NCBI GenBank assembly: GCA_041615815.1
Contig: JBFJCP010000007.1
Location: 1 to 64,000 of the forward strand
Length of the DNA: 64,000 nt
Reading direction: 5' to 3'
From: Gemmatimonadales bacterium
GTDB taxonomy: Bacteria; Gemmatimonadota; Gemmatimonadetes; Gemmatimonadales; GWC2-71-9
The notes beneath the pieces are model-generated. The model searched no databases and was not told the DNA's origin. It worked only from the letters and a program-made list of their open reading frames with translations. The first letter of the stretch is position 1; every line of letters starts with the position of its first letter. Below, in pieces: positions 39,040 to 47,854 of this stretch. The position numbers and the translations under genes are program-made.

Positions 39040-41449
39040 CAGGAAGCCCTCCTTGATCGTCGGTCACCACGGCAGCGCCCCGTTGTTCGTCCAGATCCAC
39101 ACGGATGACGCGGTCCACCCCCTCCCGAATCGATTCGATGTGGGTAATGAGTACCACCTGCGGGAATCGGTCCGCCAGCCGCCTGAGAAGCGCTACGACG
39201 TTGTGACGGCGATGCTCATCCAGACTGCCAAAGATCTCGTCCAGAACCAGCAGAGACAACGGTTGCCCGGCCCGCTCCGCGACCATCTGACTGATGGCCA
39301 AGCGGAGGACCAGATTGGCGAGATCCTCTTCACCGCCGGAGATGACCGGCTTGGACACCCCTTCCTCCATCACCAGAATCTGATACTGCTCGTCCAGCTC
39401 GAGCTCGGCGTAGCGGCCGTCCGTCAACTCGGCGAGAAACACCGAGGCGCGTTCCGAGAGCTCCGGGCGCATCGCGGCGTTGAGTTCCGCGCGAAGATCG
39501 TGCAGCGCCCGGTCGAGCTCATCATGTAAGCGGAGGACCGTCTTCAGTTCGCCGATCCGCACAGCCCTCTCCTCGCGCTCTCGGCGCCGCCGATCGATCG
39601 ACTCGAGTGCCAGCTCTGCCGCTTTGAGATCCCCCTTCCCATTCGCCAGCGCCAGTTCCGCTGCTCGGACCGCCCCTTGGGCTTCCTCGTGCCGGCGACG
39701 CGCCTCCTCGTACTGCGCCTGGCTGAAGCCGAGCGCGGCCACCGCCGCCTCGAGATCGGCAACGCGCTGTTCCTGCCCGGACAGGGCGCGCTCCGCCTCC
39801 TCCGCCTCTCCCACGAGCTGCTCGGCACGTTCTGCCTTGACCCGGTGTTGCGTGGCAAGTTGGATCGCCGGCTCGAGCGCCTTCAGGTCCTGACGCACGG
39901 TGTCGTGCCGCTCGGCATCATAACGGTCTGGGAGCGATGCCATGTCCCGCTCGAGCTGCGCCTTGCGGTCCTCCGCCTGCGAGCGATCGCGTTCGAGCGT
40001 GGCGCGCTCCCGTAGCCGGTCTTCCAGCCGGGCCACCTCCTGTACGGCCCGCTCCACCCGCTGCCCAGTGTCCGCCACTCGTTTTGCTGCAGTCTGGACC
40101 TCCAAAGGTTCCGCTCCCAACTGTTCCACCCGTGCCTTGAAGAATTTCCCTTGGACCTCGATTTCTTCGAGCTGACGCTCCAGCGTTCCTACGACCGCCT
40201 GGAATTCGTCTCCCAACGGCCGCGCACAGGTAGGGCACTTTCCGTCTGGTCCCGCCGAGAGAATGCTCTGGCGATGCTCTTGAATCTCCTTGTATTGGTC
40301 GCGCAGGTTCAGGCGTTTGGTCTCCGCATCTTGGCGGTCCCGCACCCACGCCGTGTGCGCCTGCTCTTCGGCCTCCTCCGCCTCGCGGAGATCTCGCCGA
40401 ACACCCGTCAGGACCGCCTGCGCTTCCTCCAATGCGGCGTCGAGATTCCCCATCTCGAGCACGCGTTCCCGTAGCCGATCGAGCTGTTCACAGAGCTCGC
40501 TCAGCTTCCCGGTCAACGAGCGGCGCCGACCGGCGGCTTTAGCCTCCGCCTCCAATCGGTCCAACTCTTCCTTGAGCGGCCCCACCCGATCGAGGTCCGT
40601 CCGCAATTCGTCCAGGCGGCTCCGGGCGTTCAGGGCATCGGCGAGCTCCCGATCCAGCCGTTCGAACTCCCGTTTGGCTTCGGCCACATCGCGCACGGCC
40701 ATGCGGCGTTCAGCGTCCAACGATGACGCCCGGTCACGCTGCTCCAGCATGCGCTCCCATTGGGGACGTTCACTCTCCAGTAAACGTTGCGCCTCCGCTT
40801 GAGCCCGCGCGGCGCGATCGACATCCTCGCGTGCGAGCGTCACCTGCGCAGTGGCCGCCTCCGCCTCTCCCCGAAGCTGCTCGGGGTCCGGGAGACCACG
40901 CTCGAGGCCCGCGAGCTCGCCTTTCAGCTCCGTGCGCGCTCCGCGAACGCGATCCTGCACTCGCCGCAGTTTCTCGTACCCAAGGATGCGAGAAAGAAAC
41001 CGCGCCCGATCCGTGGGCCCCATGGCGGCCATGACGGCGAGTTCTTTCTGTCCGGTGAAATAGGTGTTGAAAAATTCCGTGCGGGTCATGCCGAGAAGCC
41101 GTTCGACGCGTGCCGTGACCTCTTGCTGGGCGTTGACGATGGGGGCGTCAAATCGATCCTGATACAGCTCGGCGCCGTAGAGCCCACGGGTCACGCGGTA
41201 CTCGTGCGCACCGAGGGCGAAGTCCACCTCGACCCGAACCTGCGAGCGTGCCGGTGCGCGGTTCCAACGAATGGAGTCACGCGTCCCTCGGGCTGCGGGC
41301 GTCCCGTAGAACGCCCACGCGATTGCCTCGAGCAGCGTCGTCTTCCCGGACCCGTTGGGACCAATGATGGCGGTGATACCCGAGCCCAGCACGATTTCCG
41401 TCTGGGCGTGCTGGCGAAAGTTGACTAGGCGCAGGCGGTGGAGCCGCAT
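39020..41449 (-). CDS. sbcC: Rad50/SbcC SMC-family ATPase
   Basis: Walker A GPNGSGKT; coiled coils; zinc hook CPTC; signature ISGGE; Walker B LLVLDE; ITH. Confidence 0.92.
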   Translation of the reverse strand: MRLHRLRLVNFRQHAQTEIVLGSGITAIIGPNGSGKTTLLEAIAWAFYGTPAARGTRDSIRWNRAPARSQVRVEVDFALGAHEYRVTRGLYGAELYQDRFDAPIVNAQQEVTARVERLLGMTRTEFFNTYFTGQKELAVMAAMGPTDRARFLSRILGYEKLRRVQDRVRGARTELKGELAGLERGLPDPEQLRGEAEAATAQVTLAREDVDRAARAQAEAQRLLESERPQWERMLEQRDRASSLDAERRMAVRDVAEAKREFERLDRELADALNARSRLDELRTDLDRVGPLKEELDRLEAEAKAAGRRRSLTGKLSELCEQLDRLRERVLEMGNLDAALEEAQAVLTGVRRDLREAEEAEEQAHTAWVRDRQDAETKRLNLRDQYKEIQEHRQSILSAGPDGKCPTCARPLGDEFQAVVGTLERQLEEIEVQGKFFKARVEQLGAEPLEVQTAAKRVADTGQRVERAVQEVARLEDRLRERATLERDRSQAEDRKAQLERDMASLPDRYDAERHDTVRQDLKALEPAIQLATQHRVKAERAEQLVGEAEEAERALSGQEQRVADLEAAVAALGFSQAQYEEARRRHEEAQGAVRAAELALANGKGDLKAAELALESIDRRRREREERAVRIGELKTVLRLHDELDRALHDLRAELNAAMRPELSERASVFLAELTDGRYAELELDEQYQILVMEEGVSKPVISGGEEDLANLVLRLAISQMVAERAGQPLSLLVLDEIFGSLDEHRRHNVVALLRRLADRFPQVVLITHIESIREGVDRVIRVDLDEQRGAAVVTDDQGGLPDEDVAA

Positions 41450-42637
41450 CTATTCCTCGAGCAGCTCCCGCTCGACCTCACCCATGTATCGGTTGGCCAA
41501 TTGGATGAGCGGTTGGCGCTCCACGGCGGCATCGAGCGGGCGCCGCTCCAGGTACGCCTGCAGCATCTCGGGCAGCGTCTGTCGCTTTCCGGCGGGCCCC
41601 CCCACACCGATCTCGCGGCGGGGCGCCGGGCGGCGGATGTCGAGTTGATAGTGCAAAGCTCTGGTTTTGTACTCACGGATGCGGGCATAATCGAGGTCCC
41701 GTGCGATGGGACGAGGGACATCGTAGACGAGCTGGCGGAGGATCTGATCGTCGATGCCGCCCGCGACCGTTGCCACCCGTTGGGTGATCTCCTTGTCGAG
41801 AGCCTCCGGCTCTTGCCCCGCGCCATGGATCGGCGCGAGATCGATGACCCGCCGCGCCAACGGCACCGGCCGAAACTCTACGTGCGCCTCTCGTCCGAGC
41901 TCCACGAGTAGCCAGCCTTTCTGCCCTGATCGGCCCTCGCGTGTCTCCGCCGCGACCTCGCCCCAGGGGTTGGGACTCACATAATCCAAGGCCCCCGCGT
42001 ACCACGCATTCTTTCGTACAGCGTGGGCCACGTGATAGTGCCCCATGGCCACGTAATCCCACCGGTCCGCGTGGAGCTCGTCCGGCTCGAGCAACGAGCC
42101 GGCGAGCTCTGGTACCGCGTCGCGCCACGGCTCCATACCCGCCACGGGGGCGTGGATCACCAAGACGTTGTGGCCGCGCGTGGCCTCGGGGAGAAGGGAC
42201 GGGCGGTGGCCCCAAACTGCGGAGCTCGGCACGCACAGCAGCGAGGTATCCAGCCGCTCGAACGTGAGGTGCGCGGTGGCGTGCGTGACCACGTGCACAC
42301 CCCCCACCGCTTCGAACAGTTGCAGGATGGAGCCGGTCTCCACTGAACGCGGGGTGTCGTGATTGCCCGCCACCAACACCACTGGTGTCTCCGGGAGCGC
42401 GTCCCGGAGTCGACGGAGTTGATTGAACGCGTGCAGAATCGCGAGGTTGGTAGGACGAACCGAATGAAAGAGATCGCCGGCGATCACCACCAGGTCTGGA
42501 TCGGCCTCGGCCATATCCGTCACGGCGGCCCGAAACGCCCCGGCCACATCCGCTTCCCGCTGATTGATCCCTTGAGGCGTCTGCCGGTAGTACTGGCGAA
42601 ATCCGAGATGTATGTCAGCTAGGTGGGCGAGCTTCAC
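41450..42637 (-). CDS. sbcD: Mre11/SbcD nuclease
   Basis: HLADIHLG, AGDLFH, AGNHD, GHYH metallophosphoesterase motifs. Confidence 0.92.
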   Translation of the reverse strand: MKLAHLADIHLGFRQYYRQTPQGINQREADVAGAFRAAVTDMAEADPDLVVIAGDLFHSVRPTNLAILHAFNQLRRLRDALPETPVVLVAGNHDTPRSVETGSILQLFEAVGGVHVVTHATAHLTFERLDTSLLCVPSSAVWGHRPSLLPEATRGHNVLVIHAPVAGMEPWRDAVPELAGSLLEPDELHADRWDYVAMGHYHVAHAVRKNAWYAGALDYVSPNPWGEVAAETREGRSGQKGWLLVELGREAHVEFRPVPLARRVIDLAPIHGAGQEPEALDKEITQRVATVAGGIDDQILRQLVYDVPRPIARDLDYARIREYKTRALHYQLDIRRPAPRREIGVGGPAGKRQTLPEMLQAYLERRPLDAAVERQPLIQLANRYMGEVERELLEE

Positions 42638-43452
42638 GTCCCCGATTGCACCTGATGGCGTGTCGTAGTCTCCACGGTCACGAACCGGCCCGCCACCGAC
42701 TCGCTCATGCGAAGCGTGACGCGATAACGCACCGCACCGGAGACAAACGTGCTCCAGCCGCTGGACCAGACGAGCGAGCCGGCCAACCCGCCACCGTACG
42801 GCGCGCCGCCGGCACCGGTTCCTGTCGGGTCGAAGCTACCCTCCAGACGGAGAAAGGCCAGCGTGTCCTGCGCTCGTGTCATCACGCTATCCAGGATCAG
42901 CGTCGTCCTGGCCCGGAGACGATCGATCGGTTGACGGTCTCCGCCTCGCCCAATGGGCCCGGCCAGCGGTAGATCGTGCTCTACTTGCCAGACATCGCCC
43001 CGCCGCAGCCATCCCGCCGGCAACACCAGATTGGGCACGCCCTGGACGAGGTGCCACAACACCGACGCCTCCGGATAGACCCCACCCTCCATCCAGAGCG
43101 GCTCGAGCCGTGGATCCAGGGCGACCTGCATCCATGCGCTGTCGGCCGCCGCGCGCTGCACCTGACGCCACGGCCCATCCCCATCCCGAACGACCGTCCG
43201 CAACGAGTCGAAGGAAAGATGGATCACCCGTTCCCCCGCCGGGCCCACGGTGGCCACTTGCGCCATGCCACCGAGATCGACGGTCTCGCGGACCAGCACC
43301 GATTCCGCATGGGCCTCCATGCGGGTGTGGATCTGAAACACCCGCTGGACTCTGGAACCGAACGCCGGTGCATGCCTGAGGCGTACGCTGTCTTGCGCGT
43401 GCCCGATGCCCGGCACGAGCAACAGCAGAGCACCGACCCACATCCATCTCAT
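42634..43452 (-). CDS. Hypothetical exported beta-rich protein (paralog B)
   Basis: Signal peptide ending GHA-Q; shares FDSLR, DTLA(F/Y)LR and LAGSxVWSxGWSxxVSGA with the adjacent gene. Confidence 0.7.
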   Translation of the reverse strand: MRWMWVGALLLLVPGIGHAQDSVRLRHAPAFGSRVQRVFQIHTRMEAHAESVLVRETVDLGGMAQVATVGPAGERVIHLSFDSLRTVVRDGDGPWRQVQRAAADSAWMQVALDPRLEPLWMEGGVYPEASVLWHLVQGVPNLVLPAGWLRRGDVWQVEHDLPLAGPIGRGGDRQPIDRLRARTTLILDSVMTRAQDTLAFLRLEGSFDPTGTGAGGAPYGGGLAGSLVWSSGWSTFVSGAVRYRVTLRMSESVAGRFVTVETTTRHQVQSGT

Positions 43453-44330
43453 GGTCTCACCTGGAAGCGGTAGAGCGCGTCGAGCCCGATCTCACGTCCT
43501 TCCAATACTCCGGCCGAGCTGGGGCGAAGCATCGTCGCGGTCAGCAACAACCGCGTCGCTCCCGACACATACGCGCTCCATCCTGTGGACCACACATAGC
43601 TCCCGGCGAGCGACGCGTCGAGCCGAGTGACGCGGAGGGCTGCCTCCAATCCGTCGGATGCTTCGGGCGGCGCGAGGATGCCGTCGAAGCGGAGATACGC
43701 CAGTGTGTCCAACCCGAGGTAGACGATGCTGTCCACCGCAACCGTGGCAAACCCCCGAAGGTCGAGTGGTGGCGTGGGCATCACGTCGGAAAGTCCTTCG
43801 GACAGATCCACGGGGAAGACGATATCCGCCGTCCACTGCACGTTGGGAGAAACCAGGCCGTCGTCCGGTGGAAGGGGCAGCTCCAGTCGATAGGCGAAGC
43901 TCCGCAGCCGGCGTGCGTTGCGTATTCGCACCGTGCCCGGATCCGAAAGGGTGAATTGGCTGCGGCGCCCTCGCTCGTCGACGACCGCCTGACCGGTCAC
44001 GGGCCTCGCCGTCGTGTCCGTTACCGCGCGCCATGCGCCTCCCACCGGGCGGACGCGTGAGCGGAGTGAATCGAACGTGAAGTCCACGAGATACACGTCC
44101 CCGTGCGTGCCGCGGACGGTCTGCGTGAGTGCTTCGAGCTCGGAGACCTCGACGGTGAGGCTCTCGGCGATGAGCGTCACCGTGGCGTCGATCCACCCCA
44201 CGGTTGGAAGCACCGTCCCCGCCTGGGGCTTGAAACGCAGCATGACTCGGTCCTGGACTCCCGGGAGCGCGGATGGCGTGGCGGTGACTGCCAGGGCAAC
44301 GCCGAGCATACAGGTCCGCTTACGGAGCAT
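43449..44330 (-). CDS. Hypothetical exported beta-rich protein (paralog A)
   Basis: Signal peptide-like N-terminus; same motifs as 42634-43452; overlaps both neighbours. Confidence 0.7.
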   Translation of the reverse strand: MLRKRTCMLGVALAVTATPSALPGVQDRVMLRFKPQAGTVLPTVGWIDATVTLIAESLTVEVSELEALTQTVRGTHGDVYLVDFTFDSLRSRVRPVGGAWRAVTDTTARPVTGQAVVDERGRRSQFTLSDPGTVRIRNARRLRSFAYRLELPLPPDDGLVSPNVQWTADIVFPVDLSEGLSDVMPTPPLDLRGFATVAVDSIVYLGLDTLAYLRFDGILAPPEASDGLEAALRVTRLDASLAGSYVWSTGWSAYVSGATRLLLTATMLRPSSAGVLEGREIGLDALYRFQVRP

Positions 44331-46266
44331 AGGGATCCTCGACCGCCCGCAAGGCCGGGGTCGCGCGTGCGGGATCGGGAAGGCGTTCCCGACGGACTGC
44401 CGGCCCGAGCGTTGCCGCGAAATAGGCTGTCACGTCATCTGGCTTTACGCGGCGGGTGACCAGGAGCGCCCGCCGAACGTCGTCTTCCGATCGATCGGCG
44501 ATGAGGTCCTTGATTCGCGTCGCGACTATGCTCCGATCGAGCGAAGCCAACTGACGCACGACGGCCTCGTCGAATGGCACGTCGGCGGATGGCGGGAAGC
44601 GGTCCAACCCCTCGGGCCCCGTCAACACCGGCGGGTGCGGGAACCGCACAAACACCGGCTGCGTGAAGTGGGGATGGCGCACCATCAGCTCGCCCTTCGG
44701 CAGCGTCGCGAGCTTGATCCGCGTGGCCGGCGACAGCACCTGGTATCCCGGCGTGGCTAGCTCGTCCATGTCCATCCGACCAAAGACCATGGTGCCCGCG
44801 TTTCCCACGACTCGGCGGTGCACCTGCGATCGAAACTGCTGGGCGGCAAACAATACGAGGCCCAGGTAGCGGCCGCGCTCGGATATATCCAACAGCATCT
44901 TCCTGACGTAGCTGTCGGGTCCATCTCCGGGCGCATACTTGTTCAATTCGTCCACGAACACGATGACGTGATCGACGCCGAGATCCCGCCGCTCCAGATG
45001 TTCTCGGAGCTTCGAGACGATGCGCGTAAACACGAGATCTTGCCCGAGTTGATCCATACCAGCCACGTCGATGACGTACACACCCCGGTCCTCGAACGCA
45101 CCGAACGGAAGGTCACTGGCGGAGCCGTCGTCGGTCACCAGTCCCCTGCATCGAGTCGAGATGTTGAGCAGCCGGTTGCGCACCTTGCGGATCGTTGCGA
45201 TGTGATGCGTTCGCCAGATGTCGCTCCGGCCTTGGCCCTCGAGCCCGTCGAAGATGGCACGGAAGAGGCGTTCCAATTCTCCGAAGCTCCGCACGCGGTG
45301 GGTGTTGCCCCACTCGTCGCGGAATTCTTTCTCAACCACGCGGTCTGCCAAGAAGTCCAGGAAGGCATCCGCCTTGGCATCGATGTCATCCCGATTGAGG
45401 AGCACTTCGTGATAGTCCAGCACCTCCCGTAGACCCCACACGAGGGGCTGGACCGCGCTCAGAAGATCGGGATGGGAGCGTAGTGTGTTCAGGTTCACGC
45501 CGTCCGGCTTGAACGGCGCGAAGTAGCGGACCCCGTCGAACGGGCGCGGGTCGAGGCCCAGCACCTCGTACACGTCGCGATCCTCGTCGGACAGTTGGGC
45601 GGGTTGGTCCAAGAACCCGAGGTCTGGCCCCTTCACGTTGAAACACACCGCCGCCACACTGCCCTTTCGGGGTGGAAAGTGCTGGAAGATGCTCGCCAGG
45701 AAGAACAGCACCGCGCTCGTCTTGGTGGCCAGCCCGGAGACTCCGGAGATGTTGAGGTGGGCCGACTCGGGTCCCAACAGGAAATCGGTGTCGAGCGAGA
45801 CCGGTGCTCGTAGCTCGCCGGCTCGGTAGACCCCAACCGGAATGGCGCGCGAGGGTTCGGCCCGGGCATAGGCATCCATGCGCAGCGCCATTTCCACGTC
45901 GGCCTCGCTGGCCAGATGGACGTCTTGAATGGGCACCGGTTGGACCGGCTCCTCCGGCACCTGCCGAAGCACCGCCGCGGTCCAGAGCCGCACCTCAGCC
46001 CGCTGGGTGGGCGGCGCGGCGCCCGCGGGATCCCCCTCGGCGGCGATCACATCGTGCAAGGGTGTTGCCAAATCCGAATACGCCCGTCCGTCCACCACCA
46101 CCGCATAGGCCGTGCGGCCGGTTGGCGCGTCGACGCGGACGATGGCGCCGATCCCAACCGAAGTGCTCGTTGCCGTCCAGAAGTGGAATTGATGCGGGCT
46201 GGCGGGCAGCGTTTCGGTGGCCACGACGCGACCGATGGGGGGTCGTTCGTCGCCACGCTGAATCAC
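44320..46266 (-). CDS. herA: HerA-type DNA translocase/helicase
   Basis: N-terminal HAS-barrel-like region; atypical Walker A HLNISGVSGLATKTS; Walker B VFVDELNKYAP; ERGR; AQQ. GTG start with GGAGG SD overlapping the nurA stop. Confidence 0.85.
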   Translation of the reverse strand: MIQRGDERPPIGRVVATETLPASPHQFHFWTATSTSVGIGAIVRVDAPTGRTAYAVVVDGRAYSDLATPLHDVIAAEGDPAGAAPPTQRAEVRLWTAAVLRQVPEEPVQPVPIQDVHLASEADVEMALRMDAYARAEPSRAIPVGVYRAGELRAPVSLDTDFLLGPESAHLNISGVSGLATKTSAVLFFLASIFQHFPPRKGSVAAVCFNVKGPDLGFLDQPAQLSDEDRDVYEVLGLDPRPFDGVRYFAPFKPDGVNLNTLRSHPDLLSAVQPLVWGLREVLDYHEVLLNRDDIDAKADAFLDFLADRVVEKEFRDEWGNTHRVRSFGELERLFRAIFDGLEGQGRSDIWRTHHIATIRKVRNRLLNISTRCRGLVTDDGSASDLPFGAFEDRGVYVIDVAGMDQLGQDLVFTRIVSKLREHLERRDLGVDHVIVFVDELNKYAPGDGPDSYVRKMLLDISERGRYLGLVLFAAQQFRSQVHRRVVGNAGTMVFGRMDMDELATPGYQVLSPATRIKLATLPKGELMVRHPHFTQPVFVRFPHPPVLTGPEGLDRFPPSADVPFDEAVVRQLASLDRSIVATRIKDLIADRSEDDVRRALLVTRRVKPDDVTAYFAATLGPAVRRERLPDPARATPALRAVEDPYAP

Positions 46267-47216
46267 CACCACCTCCCGGCTCGTGCCTGGAGATACGCCT
46301 CCACTCGGCGCATCGGATACAGGAGTCGATCCCATCGCTCGTCCGGGGCCGCCAGCGGCGCCCGTTCCGCCATGAGCCAGCGACTCACGTCCGTCGCCTC
46401 TGCCACGACGCCGTCCGCCGCGGCCCGCTCGATGCGCACCAGTCCATACAACAGGTCATGATCCTCCCAAGGCCACAACCGAAGATACCACGTGTAGACC
46501 TGGCCGCGCTGGCCCACGCGGCGTGAAAAGACGCTGCTCCGCTGGCCGGCGGAGAGCGTGAGCGCCGTCGTCAGATCGTTGCCCTCGAGGAACTGAGTAT
46601 CGTGACTCTTGATCACCCCAATGACCTTCGGGGGCGGCGACGTCTCCGCGATCACACCACCGATGGCTCCGTCGATCACCAGCCACTCGTCCGGTGCATC
46701 GCGAAGATACTGGCTTGCCAACCGCCGCTCGATCTCGTCTCGCCGGTGTTCCACGCTCACTGCGGCGAGTTGGACGTCCACGAGCGGATGGGCGCGTTCA
46801 CCGTTCGAGCAATCGTAGAGCGGGAGCGGGATCGTATCCAGCATGCGCCGTTGGTCCGGCTGCAACCGAGCCAGTGGGGCCACCACGAACTCCTCGGTTT
46901 CGTGGCTCACCGCCGACAGTTGTTCGCGCTGGCGCCGGAGCACCGCGGCGGCCACGTAGCCACGCACGATCGGCGTCACTCCCAGATGTCCCTCGACCGC
47001 GAACCGCTGAATCCCATCGAGGAACGCCACACCGTCGGCGAGCGCGACAGGCTCACCCACCGATTTCGCCGTGATGTGATCGCCTTCGATGGGGACGCCG
47101 CTCGCGAAGGGGGACTGCACCGGCGGCGCTGCGTGGGTGCGGAGCGTGCCGGCCCCGATCGTGCCGCCACCGTGACGCAGCGCCTCTCGAATGCGGTGCC
47201 GCGGGGTGGTGCTCAG
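46263..47216 (-). CDS. nurA: NurA-family 5'-3' nuclease
   Basis: FLDG, IDG, GVIKS, WYLRL, RLLYP...E; directly upstream of herA; start codon uncertain. Confidence 0.8.
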   Translation of the reverse strand: MSTTPRHRIREALRHGGGTIGAGTLRTHAAPPVQSPFASGVPIEGDHITAKSVGEPVALADGVAFLDGIQRFAVEGHLGVTPIVRGYVAAAVLRRQREQLSAVSHETEEFVVAPLARLQPDQRRMLDTIPLPLYDCSNGERAHPLVDVQLAAVSVEHRRDEIERRLASQYLRDAPDEWLVIDGAIGGVIAETSPPPKVIGVIKSHDTQFLEGNDLTTALTLSAGQRSSVFSRRVGQRGQVYTWYLRLWPWEDHDLLYGLVRIERAAADGVVAEATDVSRWLMAERAPLAAPDERWDRLLYPMRRVEAYLQARAGRWW

Positions 47217-47854
47217 GACTCGGTCACCTTGATGCTGACCGTGAGCCCGTCCCGCACCGGGATCACCGCGGAGACGAGACGCGGGTCCTCCGCAGCCAAG
47301 CGGTTGAACGCCCGGACGCCCTCCACATCCGGCGCTCGATCGCGGACGTCCACGACGCGGCCATGGAAGAAAGCGTTGTCGCACAAGAGGAGACCACCCA
47401 CACGAAGGAGTCGCATGGCCTCCTCGAAATAGGCGGCCAATGGTTCTTTGTCGGCGTCCACGAACACGGCATCAAATCCCGGATCCAGTTCCTTCAGCAC
47501 TTGTTGCGCGGCGCCCTCCACGAGCTGCACCCGATCTTGGACGCCCGCGTGGGCAAAGCTCGCGCGCGCAAAACGGGCATGCGCCGGATCACGCTCGATC
47601 GTCACCAGACGGCCACCCTGGGGTAGCGACCGAGCGATCCACACACCGCTGTAACCGCCCAAGGTCCCGATCTCGAGGACGCGCTGCGCCTCGATCGTCC
47701 GCAGGAGCACCACGAGGATCTTGGCTTCGGCAGCCGAGATGAGAATGTCGGGCAGGCCGTCTTGTTCGTGTCGTGCTCGGATCCGCCGGAGCACCTCGTC
47801 TTCCGGCGCGAAGAGCTGTTCGACGTACCGCTCGAGGTGCTCGTCGGAGGTCAA
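47213..47854 (-). CDS. Class I O-methyltransferase (CCoAOMT/YrrM-like)
   Basis: VLEIGTLGGYSG, FVDADK, CDN, RDG; TTGA overlap start. Confidence 0.9.
   Translation of the reverse strand: MTSDEHLERYVEQLFAPEDEVLRRIRARHEQDGLPDILISAAEAKILVVLLRTIEAQRVLEIGTLGGYSGVWIARSLPQGGRLVTIERDPAHARFARASFAHAGVQDRVQLVEGAAQQVLKELDPGFDAVFVDADKEPLAAYFEEAMRLLRVGGLLLCDNAFFHGRVVDVRDRAPDVEGVRAFNRLAAEDPRLVSAVIPVRDGLTVSIKVTES

Noticed and set aside
44320..47216. HerA as an anti-phage Sir2-HerA/Nezha-type system
   Set aside because: No Sir2, TIR or DUF4297 partner; the context is NurA/Mre11/Rad50 among housekeeping genes, with no island signatures.
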